NCBI GenBank assembly: GCA_964654465.1
Contig: CAZZIO010000018.1
Span: forward strand, 8,348 to 72,347
Direction: 5' to 3'
DNA: 64,000 nucleotides
Source of the DNA: an uncultured Dictyoglomota bacterium
GTDB taxonomy: Bacteria; Dictyoglomota; Dictyoglomia; Dictyoglomales; Dictyoglomaceae
The position numbers were made by a program, and so were the translations under genes. Numbering within the stretch: the first letter of the stretch is position 1; each line of letters starts with the position of its first letter. Shown in pieces: positions 29,946 through 37,750 of the stretch. Under the pieces are notes generated by a model. It was not told the origin of the DNA, did no database searches, and saw only the letters and a program-made list of their open reading frames with translations.

Positions 29946-31153
29946 ACAGAATACTTCCCTTCTGCTAATTCATTGCAGAATTTTTCGATATTAGCAAGCT
30001 CATTATCAATAATGTTTTCTACTGATTTTGATATATCATAAATTGATACACCATTTTCTAAAATAAGTTGAGCAGTAGCAATTTTTGGTTGATCAATTGG
30101 CCTTCCAATTTGACTGCAAAGCCATACATATACCTCTTTTATACCAGGAACATTCTGATAAATTTCATTTGCTATTTTATGAGTCAAAATATTGTATATT
30201 TTTCCTACATGGCTTACAGGATTTTTACCTGCAGCTGCCTCCGTTCCCATAGGGCGATTTAGTGCAATAACACCATTTACTCTATTTCCTCTTCCCACTT
30301 GTCCCGAGTCAGCATCTTCAGCAGAAGTTCCAAGAACACTTATATACATTCCATCCATGCCTCTTTCAGGATCATCCAATGTGTTAATATCTATTGTTAT
30401 CTGATCAAAATTTTGAGCTCTCTCTTGTACAAACTTTTCAACTATTCCTCTAATTACTTCCTTTTTCTCAAAATAATCTTGCACACTATTAACATATCTA
30501 TCGATGAAAGGCATAGCTATAGTAATTTGCAAATTTCTTTTTTGACGAAACGCCATTATTTTTATGTCTTCTCCTACTTCGGGATGAATTTTCTTAAATT
30601 CTGGGGAGTTAAGATATCTTTCAAGTTCTAAAACTATTTTTTCAGTGGATGTTAAAGGTGCATATCCTACAGCAGCTGAAGTATCGTTAGCTGGAAGAAG
30701 ACCTTTTCTTCTTCTGAAAATATCAGTAAGCTCTGGAGAGCCAGGATAAAGCTCCACTTGATATATTACATGTTTATCAGGGTCAACAAATCTCAAGTTT
30801 TTTCTAAACCATTCTTTAGCAGTTTCTATTGCTATCTCTTCTACAGGAATTCTAATACCATCAACTTCAAAAGTCGCTCTGTCTCCTATTACTAAAAGCA
30901 TTGGTTTTTTCACTTCTCCACCAATGCCAAGCCTTCTTTCAACCTCTCCAGCTACTAATAAACTTTTATCAATATTATGGTGTAATACATTTCCCACCCT
31001 TCTTATATACTCCTGGGAAAGATTTACAGATATCTGGTCCATGATTGCATCACATATAGAGTCAGGATGTCCTACACCTTTTCTTTCAACTAGTTCTACT
31101 CCATGTTCTTCTACTGGTAATGAATTTAATTTTTCAACTACAATGTTTCTCAT
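29939..31153 (-). CDS. mat: archaeal-type S-adenosylmethionine synthetase
   Basis: ERKGVGHPDSICD motif and overall archaeal MAT architecture. The start is set at the ATG at 31153 (MRNIVVEKL) with a GGAGG RBS. The stop overlaps the lysK start by 7 nt. Confidence 0.88.
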   Translation of the reverse strand: MRNIVVEKLNSLPVEEHGVELVERKGVGHPDSICDAIMDQISVNLSQEYIRRVGNVLHHNIDKSLLVAGEVERRLGIGGEVKKPMLLVIGDRATFEVDGIRIPVEEIAIETAKEWFRKNLRFVDPDKHVIYQVELYPGSPELTDIFRRRKGLLPANDTSAAVGYAPLTSTEKIVLELERYLNSPEFKKIHPEVGEDIKIMAFRQKRNLQITIAMPFIDRYVNSVQDYFEKKEVIRGIVEKFVQERAQNFDQITIDINTLDDPERGMDGMYISVLGTSAEDADSGQVGRGNRVNGVIALNRPMGTEAAAGKNPVSHVGKIYNILTHKIANEIYQNVPGIKEVYVWLCSQIGRPIDQPKIATAQLILENGVSIYDISKSVENIIDNELANIEKFCNELAEGKYSVW

Positions 31154-31277
31154 CTTTCCTATCCTCCTTCTTACTTTTTTGTTGAAAATAAGCAAAAAAA
31201 TAATATCACAAGTTAATTAATATTACAACAAAAAGTTTATATTAAATAAAAGTAATACATTTTTCTTAAAATTGCAA

Positions 31278-31307
31278 TAAAAAGAGGGGAACATTTTAGT
31301 TCCCCTC
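31278..31307 (-). terminator. intrinsic terminator of xylB
   Basis: Minus strand GAGGGGA-loop-TCCCCTC followed by TTTTTATT. Confidence 0.65.
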
Positions 31308-31341
31308 AATATTATTTTATTATAAACGTATGTTTAAAAAA

Positions 31342-32889
31342 TTACTTCTTATTAGAGTAATATCTCTCTATAAAATTATGTAATTTTCTATAATATTCCT
31401 TCATTATAGGATACAATTCTCTGTAAAGACCATATAATTCTTCATATAGTTTTGCTCTTTCTTGATCTGGTTCTTCTCTACTTACTACTTTTACTACTTT
31501 ATCACAAGCATCCTCTACACTCTTGTAAACTCCAACACCAACTCCCGCAAGTAGAGCAGCGCCATAGGCGGCACCTTCTGTTACATTTATAGTAGTGATA
31601 GGAGTATTAAATACATCAGCTAAAATTTGTCTCCAAAGAGGACTTCTTGCACCTCCAGCTATAGCTCTTATTTCTCTCATATTTATTCCAAGAGCTTTCA
31701 TAAGTTCCAAAGAATCTCTTAAACCAAAAGCCACTCCTTCTAACACTGATCTTACAAAGTAAGGCTTATTATGCCTCAAACTAATTCCCACAAAAATCCC
31801 TTTTGCCATAGGATCGGCATGAGGAGTTCTCTCACCAGTAAGATATGGTAAAAAGATTAATCCCTCTGATCCAGCTGGAACATTACCAGCTTCCATGGTT
31901 AAAAACTCATAAGGATCTTTTCCTGTCCATTTAGAAAGCTCTGTTTCTATCTCCCCAAAAGAGTCTCTAAACCATCTAAAGGATCCACCAGCTGATAACA
32001 TAACTCCCATAGTATGCCACTTTCCGGGAACTGCATGACAAAAAGTATGAAGTCTTCCCTCAGGATCTCCTTCTGGAGTATCCAGATGAGCAAAAATTAC
32101 TCCTGAAGTTCCTAAACTTACAAATAAGACCCCACTTTTTACAATCCCACTACCTACTGCTTGCGCTGCATTGTCACCTCCACCACCTACAACAGGAATC
32201 CCTGCAGGTAGACCGATTTCTTCAGCAACTTTTGGAAGTAAGGTTCCTGTAATCTCAGGAGATTCATATACTTTTGGCATCCAATCCTCTGGAATATCAA
32301 GAAGATTTAACATCTCTTTAGACCAAGTTCTCTTTTTTACATCAAAAAGCAAAGTACCAGAAGCATCAGAAACTTCTGATGCATACTCCCCTGTTAATCT
32401 GAATCTTACATAATCCTTTGGTAATAATACTTTAGCAACCTTAGAATAATTCTCTTGCTCGTTCTCTCTAAGCCAAAGGATTTTGGGGGCTGTAAATCCT
32501 GTAAGAGCAAGATTTAAAGTAAGTTCAAGAAGTTTTTTAACCCCTCCTACCCTTTCTACAATCTCGTCGCATTGCTTAGCTGTCCTTTGGTCGTTCCAAA
32601 GAATAGCTCTTCTAATTACATTACCTTTTGAGTCAAGAAAAACAGAACCATGCATTTGCCCAGATAATCCTATACCTTTTATCTCTTTTGGTGATACGCC
32701 AGTTTTATTTATTAAACTAATAATTGCATCCTTTGTTGCCTTCCACCAATCCTCTGGATCTTGTTCAGACCAAGAAGGAAAAGGAGTATATAGAGGATAC
32801 TCAAAAGTTGAACTTCCTAATACTTTTCCTTCCTCATCAATAAGCAAAGCTTTAGTTCCAGAAGTACCCACATCAATACCTAAAAGCAC
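31342..32889 (-). CDS. xylB: xylulokinase (FGGY carbohydrate kinase)
   Basis: FGGY N-terminus LLGIDVGTSGTKA. About 515 aa. The GTG at 32889 with a GAGGTGG RBS is preferred; the track start at 32904 is also a GTG. Confidence 0.8.
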   Translation of the reverse strand: MLLGIDVGTSGTKALLIDEEGKVLGSSTFEYPLYTPFPSWSEQDPEDWWKATKDAIISLINKTGVSPKEIKGIGLSGQMHGSVFLDSKGNVIRRAILWNDQRTAKQCDEIVERVGGVKKLLELTLNLALTGFTAPKILWLRENEQENYSKVAKVLLPKDYVRFRLTGEYASEVSDASGTLLFDVKKRTWSKEMLNLLDIPEDWMPKVYESPEITGTLLPKVAEEIGLPAGIPVVGGGGDNAAQAVGSGIVKSGVLFVSLGTSGVIFAHLDTPEGDPEGRLHTFCHAVPGKWHTMGVMLSAGGSFRWFRDSFGEIETELSKWTGKDPYEFLTMEAGNVPAGSEGLIFLPYLTGERTPHADPMAKGIFVGISLRHNKPYFVRSVLEGVAFGLRDSLELMKALGINMREIRAIAGGARSPLWRQILADVFNTPITTINVTEGAAYGAALLAGVGVGVYKSVEDACDKVVKVVSREEPDQERAKLYEELYGLYRELYPIMKEYYRKLHNFIERYYSNKK

Positions 32890-32928
32890 TTTTTTCCACC
32901 TCACCTTTCCTATGGAGTTTTATCTTTG

Positions 32929-32957
32929 ATTATAAAAACGTTTTTCTTTTTAGTCAA
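32929..32957 (-). promoter_or_regulatory. near-consensus sigma70 promoter for xylB
   Basis: Minus strand TTGACT, a 17-nt spacer, then TATAAT. Confidence 0.6.
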
Positions 32958-32997
32958 TAAAAAAAATAAAGATACCATAAAAAATTTATAATATTTC

Positions 32998-33063
32998 CTT
33001 ATAAAACTCTTCTTTTAAGAGTTGTCCCTTTTCTCACTATAGGGAGGAGTAAAACTCCTCCCT
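32998..33063 (-). terminator. two hairpins ending the hyd-type operon
   Basis: AGGGAGGAG-loop-CTCCTCCCT begins 1 nt after the hydB-like stop. It is followed by AACTCTT-loop-AAGAGTT and then TTTTAT. Confidence 0.55.
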
Positions 33064-33064
33064 A

Positions 33065-34855
33065 TTATTCTTTTCTAATAGCTTTAAATGGACATACCTG
33101 GAAACATATTCCACACTTAGTACATTTACTCTGATCAATAACATATGTTCCATCTTCGTCTTTATAGATCGCCCCTACAGGACAATTTCTAAAACATATA
33201 GAACATTTCCTACACTCTTCCCTTATTACCTCATAATGAATCAAGGCAGTACAAACTTTTGCAGGACATTTTTTATCCCTAATATGGGCAAGGTATTCAT
33301 CCCTGAAGTATTTTAATGTTGTTAAAACAGGATTAGGAGCTCCTTTCCCAAGACCACAAAGTGATGTATTTCTCACAGTATAAGCCAATTGTTCAAGCTC
33401 TAATAAATCCTCTTCCGTCCCTTCACCTTTTGTTATTTTATCTAAAATTTCCAACATTCTCTTAGTACCTACTCTGCATGGTACACACTTTCCACAAGAT
33501 TCGTCTTGCGTAAAAGACAAGAAAAATTTAGCAACATCTACCATACAGTTATCTTCATCCATAACGATAAGTCCACCAGATCCCATGATGGCTCCAAGGG
33601 CAGTTATTGATTCATAATCTATAGGTGTATCTAAGTATTCCGCTGGTATACAACCCCCAGCTGGACCTCCTATCTGGACAGCTTTAAACTTCTTTCCATT
33701 AGGTATTCCACCACCAATATTGTAAACTACCTCTCTCAAAGTTATACCCATAGGTACTTCTATAAGTCCTGTCATATTTATTTTCCCAGCTAAAGCAAAA
33801 ACCTTAGTCCCTTTACTCTTCTCTGTTCCATAACTTGCAAACCAATCAGCACCATTAATAATTATTGGTGGAATATTAGCCCACGTTTCTACATTATTTA
33901 TCACAGTAGGTTTTCCCCATAATCCAGAATTTACTGGAAAAGGCGGACGGGGTCTTGGCATACCTCTTTTACCTTCTATAGATGCAATTAATGCTGTCTC
34001 CTCTCCACAAACAAAAGCTCCTGCTCCAATTCTAATCTCAATATCAAAGGAAAAATCAGTACCCAATATATTGTCTCCTAAAAGGCCATAATTTCTTGCT
34101 TGTTCTAAAGCTGCAGTAAGTCTTTTAATAGCTAAAGGATATTCAGCTCTTATATAGACAAATCCTTTCTTAGCTCCAATAGCATAACCTCCAATTAACA
34201 TACCTTCAATAACAGAGTGAGGATCACCTTCCATAATACTTCTATCCATAAAAGCTCCAGGATCCCCTTCATCTGCATTACAAACTACATACTTTTCCGA
34301 TCCAGAAGCTTTTCTACCAAGCTCCCATTTTAATCCAGTAGGAAAACCCGCTCCTCCCCTTCCACGAAGACCAGATTTTTTAACTTCAGAAATTACATCT
34401 TCTGGAGACATTTGAGTAAGAACTTTTGCAATAGCAGAATAACCATCTCTTGCAATATATTCCTCAATATTTAGAGGATCAATAAACCCTACATTTCTTA
34501 AAGCAATTCTTACTTGATTTTTAAAAAATGGAAGATCGTTAATGGTTGGTATAAATTGTTTTTGCTCCGGTTCTTTTACAAGAAGCCTCTCCACAATCCT
34601 ACCCTTAATAAGGTGTTCATATACAATCTCTTTTGCATCCTGTGGCTTTAATTTAACATAAAAAGTCCCCTCTGGATATATGGCCATAACTGGCCCTAAA
34701 TCACAAGTACCAAAACATCCAGTTTCAATAATTTTTACTTCATCGTAAATACCTGCTTCTTTTAATTCCCTTTCAAGGGCTGATTTGAAAGTTTCTTCAC
34801 CTGCAGAAATGCATGCTGCACCTGCACATAAAAGAATATGTGCTCTCTCTGGCAT
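33065..34855 (-). CDS. hydB: NuoF-like NADH-binding flavoprotein subunit (HydB-type)
   Basis: 596 aa. N-terminal thioredoxin-like 2Fe-2S module, GRGGAGFPTG (NADH/FMN site), SCGKCVPCR (4Fe-4S), and two C-terminal CxxCxxCxxxCP motifs. Confidence 0.9.
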   Translation of the reverse strand: MPERAHILLCAGAACISAGEETFKSALERELKEAGIYDEVKIIETGCFGTCDLGPVMAIYPEGTFYVKLKPQDAKEIVYEHLIKGRIVERLLVKEPEQKQFIPTINDLPFFKNQVRIALRNVGFIDPLNIEEYIARDGYSAIAKVLTQMSPEDVISEVKKSGLRGRGGAGFPTGLKWELGRKASGSEKYVVCNADEGDPGAFMDRSIMEGDPHSVIEGMLIGGYAIGAKKGFVYIRAEYPLAIKRLTAALEQARNYGLLGDNILGTDFSFDIEIRIGAGAFVCGEETALIASIEGKRGMPRPRPPFPVNSGLWGKPTVINNVETWANIPPIIINGADWFASYGTEKSKGTKVFALAGKINMTGLIEVPMGITLREVVYNIGGGIPNGKKFKAVQIGGPAGGCIPAEYLDTPIDYESITALGAIMGSGGLIVMDEDNCMVDVAKFFLSFTQDESCGKCVPCRVGTKRMLEILDKITKGEGTEEDLLELEQLAYTVRNTSLCGLGKGAPNPVLTTLKYFRDEYLAHIRDKKCPAKVCTALIHYEVIREECRKCSICFRNCPVGAIYKDEDGTYVIDQSKCTKCGICFQVCPFKAIRKE

Positions 34856-34884
34856 TTTTAAACCTCCTTATATTGTTTTATTCT

Positions 34885-35253
34885 TTATTCAGTAGAAAGA
34901 ACATCCTCAGATACAACCTGACCATTAACCACATGTTGAGCAATTATCTTTCTTGCCTTTTCAGGGGTTACATGTTTATAAAGAACCTTATGTCCTCCTA
35001 ACTTTTGAACAGATATTAATGGCTCATACTCACAAAGTCCAATACATCCTGCCTGAGTTACAACCACATTTTTTAAACCTCTTTTTTCTATCTCATCCAA
35101 AATAGCCAATAATGTCTCCCTTGCGCCAGCTGCTATTCCACACGTCCCCATATGTACTACTATCTTATCCTTACCTTCAGGACTCCTCATCTCAAGTTCT
35201 GCTTGAGTCTTTTCTTTAATCTTCTTAAGATCCTCTAAAGTTAATTTTTTCAT
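34885..35253 (-). CDS. thioredoxin-like [2Fe-2S] ferredoxin
   Basis: GTCGIAAGA and GCIGLCEYEP Cys motifs. The start is set at the ATG at 35253 with a GGGAGG RBS. Confidence 0.8.
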   Translation of the reverse strand: MKKLTLEDLKKIKEKTQAELEMRSPEGKDKIVVHMGTCGIAAGARETLLAILDEIEKRGLKNVVVTQAGCIGLCEYEPLISVQKLGGHKVLYKHVTPEKARKIIAQHVVNGQVVSEDVLSTE

Positions 35254-35254
35254 T

Positions 35255-35788
35255 TTACCAACCTCCCAAATTTTCATTTAAAAATTCTTTTAAAAAAGAA
35301 ATTACTTCTGGAGAATTAATAGGTATTCTAATAGACTCCTTTATTTCCTTTGTAGAAATATTGATCTCATCACCATTTTTAACTATCTTAATCTCAAAAT
35401 CTATATCTGGATTTGTAGCTATCAAGCCCCATATAGTCCCAGAAAGATTTCCCATAGGAGGTAAATCTACACATAAAAAAGGAACTTCTGCATAAATCTC
35501 TGTGCCTTTTCCTACCTCAGAGTTAATCTTTACCTCTCCCCCACAATTTTTAATCAACTCGTAAAATAGAGGAATACCAAGACCAACTTTCCTTGTAGTT
35601 CTACTTGTAAAAAATGGATTTTTAATCTCTTCTAATATTTCTTTTGGCATACCTTTTCCATCATCTTTTATAATTATATACAAAATTCCCCTTTGGAGAT
35701 CTTTTCTAATCTCCAAGTAAATATTTTTTGCATTAGCTTCTATAGAATTTTGTACAAGATCCAAAATATGAAGAGATAATTCTTTCAT
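35255..35788 (-). CDS. stand-alone GHKL (HATPase_c) ATP-binding protein
   Basis: N box HILDLVQNSIEA, G1 box DDGKGM, G2 box GLGIPL. No HisKA, TM or receiver domain. 177 aa. Confidence 0.75.
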   Translation of the reverse strand: MKELSLHILDLVQNSIEANAKNIYLEIRKDLQRGILYIIIKDDGKGMPKEILEEIKNPFFTSRTTRKVGLGIPLFYELIKNCGGEVKINSEVGKGTEIYAEVPFLCVDLPPMGNLSGTIWGLIATNPDIDFEIKIVKNGDEINISTKEIKESIRIPINSPEVISFLKEFLNENLGGW

Positions 35789-36273
35789 TGATGTTCTTTT
35801 CTAAAGTTTTCAATTAATTTTCTCAACTTATCAGGAGTAAGTTTTCCATAAACATCATCGTCTATCATGAGAGCTGGTGCCATACTACAAGCTCCAATAC
35901 ACCTTACAAGATCCAAAGAAAAGAACCCATCCTCTGTTACTTTACCTTCTTTAAGTCCCATCTGCTCAAGAGTTCTGAGTAAGTCCTCAGCTCCTTTAAC
36001 ATAACAAGCCGTTCCCATACAAAGTCTTATTACATGCTTGCCTTGAGGCTCAAGTCGGAAAAAGGAATAAAATGTTACTACACCGTAAATCTCACTTAAT
36101 GGTACTTTTAATCTTTCAGAAATCAGTTCTAAAGCTTCACGAGGTAGATATCCAAACTTTTCCTGAACTGCGTGAAGGATCATAATCAAAGATCCCCTTG
36201 AGTTTGCAAAACGGTCTAGAATCTTTTCTACCTCTTTCTGAGCATATTCGGAAAACTTTAATTCTACTGCCAT
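35785..36273 (-). CDS. hydC: NuoE-like [2Fe-2S] subunit (HydC-type)
   Basis: CMGTACYVKG and RCIGACSMAP motifs. 162 aa. Confidence 0.88.
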   Translation of the reverse strand: MAVELKFSEYAQKEVEKILDRFANSRGSLIMILHAVQEKFGYLPREALELISERLKVPLSEIYGVVTFYSFFRLEPQGKHVIRLCMGTACYVKGAEDLLRTLEQMGLKEGKVTEDGFFSLDLVRCIGACSMAPALMIDDDVYGKLTPDKLRKLIENFRKEHQ

Positions 36274-36275
36274 TT

Positions 36276-37019
36276 CTATACCTCCATTTCCTGTATTTTT
36301 ACATTTTTTTCTTTCAAGCTTTTAAAAACTGCTTTTTTAGAAAATTCTTCTAAATATATAAAAGTTTTTGGTTCTTTTATATCCTCTAAATAGTGAGCAT
36401 CAGAAGAAATTAAAAATTTCTTATCTTTCAGTTCTGGGTGCTCGCTAATAAATTTAGTATAGCTTATCTTGTTAGACAATTCTATAAAATCAAAAAATAA
36501 ATCCTTCGGAATAAAACCCAAATTTGATATTATACTAAAGGAAGGCCTATCCACATGGGCTAATATTATTATCCCGCCATATTCTTTTATTTTTTTAACT
36601 GTGTCTGTAACCCTAAGTGATATAGAGGTATTTAATAACCTTTCCTCTATTCTTTCTACCTCATCATTCTCATTAACCACTACTTGTACTCCAAAAATTT
36701 CTTCTCTATTTTTAGTATCTGGTAAATAGTTAAAAATATCTTTTTGAAATTTTAAAGCTGTATCATAATCTTCAAATAAAGCCAATATATGCACTTCTTC
36801 ACTGGTTTGAATTTCCATACCTGGTATTACTAAAACACCCATTCTATCTCCCCAGAAAGAGATAGCAGGATAATTTTCTACCATATGATGATCGGTTATC
36901 GCTATAACTCCTATATTCATTTTCTTTACTCTCTCTATAATGTTTTTAGGACTCATACTCCAATCTCCACAAGGAGAAAGAACCGAATGTATATGCAAAT
37001 CTATCCCTACCCATGCCAA
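36276..37019 (-). CDS. PHP domain phosphoesterase
   Basis: N-terminal IDLHIHSVLSPCGD, then ITDHH and AHVDRP His/Asp metal motifs. 247 aa. Confidence 0.8.
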   Translation of the reverse strand: MAWVGIDLHIHSVLSPCGDWSMSPKNIIERVKKMNIGVIAITDHHMVENYPAISFWGDRMGVLVIPGMEIQTSEEVHILALFEDYDTALKFQKDIFNYLPDTKNREEIFGVQVVVNENDEVERIEERLLNTSISLRVTDTVKKIKEYGGIIILAHVDRPSFSIISNLGFIPKDLFFDFIELSNKISYTKFISEHPELKDKKFLISSDAHYLEDIKEPKTFIYLEEFSKKAVFKSLKEKNVKIQEMEV

Positions 37020-37037
37020 ATAAAAAATTCCTCCTCA

Positions 37038-37406
37038 CTATGAATCATTAATAGAGGTAGGCACAATACCTTTATTATATAGAATTCCACTAACCTCAAA
37101 AACTATTTTATCAGTACTTATAAGAATAATTCCTTTTTCTTTAGAAAGTTCAACAACTTCCTTAGGAACTACTTTTCCTCTGCAGACAATTATCATTGGT
37201 ATATCAAGAATCTCAGCAGTGCGAACAATTTGTGAATTTGTGATCCCCGTAATAAGTACCACATCTTTTTCATTAGAAGTTACCATAGCTAACACATCAC
37301 TCATAAGATCTGCAGCAAAAGCCTTTTTAATATCTACCTCATCTAACAAATTTTCTCCTGCCAATACCTTCCCATTAATCAACTCTACAATCTCTCTTGC
37401 CTTCAT
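37038..37406 (-). CDS. DRTGG domain protein
   Basis: 122 aa with the pattern DLMSDVL...VLITGITNSQIVRTAEILD...CRGK. Paralogous to 39928-40287. Confidence 0.7.
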   Translation of the reverse strand: MKAREIVELINGKVLAGENLLDEVDIKKAFAADLMSDVLAMVTSNEKDVVLITGITNSQIVRTAEILDIPMIIVCRGKVVPKEVVELSKEKGIILISTDKIVFEVSGILYNKGIVPTSINDS

Positions 37407-37750
37407 TGAAGCCTATCTACTCCTTTTATTCCTAAACTATAAAGTTTACCTACCACATTAAAGGCATTATCTTTAGTAATTAATAAAGCAATTTTTTCTT
37501 CTTTTGCCTTTTTAATAGTCTCTTCATCAGGATTTTGACCTGAAACAAAAATTATACTTTTAATTCCAGTAAGTACTGCAACTGCTATAGTATTTACATG
37601 AGTCTGAATAGTAACCCATACCGAATCTTCGGGAGCATGAGCCATAACAAAAGAAAGCAAATCACTTACAATTCCACCCCTAATTTCATAATCCTCATCC
37701 ATATAAATAACATTTAACTCCAAATTTCTAACAATTTCACTCAGTTTCAT
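37403..37750 (-). CDS. DRTGG domain protein (divergent paralog)
   Basis: 115 aa. Same size and pattern (VSDLLSFVM...VTIQTHVNTIAVAVLTG...) but clearly more divergent. Confidence 0.6.
   Translation of the reverse strand: MKLSEIVRNLELNVIYMDEDYEIRGGIVSDLLSFVMAHAPEDSVWVTIQTHVNTIAVAVLTGIKSIIFVSGQNPDEETIKKAKEEKIALLITKDNAFNVVGKLYSLGIKGVDRLQ

Noticed and set aside
31154-31341. Looked for a SAM riboswitch upstream of the SAM synthetase gene.
   Set aside because: The leader is short and almost entirely A/T. It has no GC-rich helices or conserved SAM-I-like segments. Only the xylB terminator and a weak promoter are visible.
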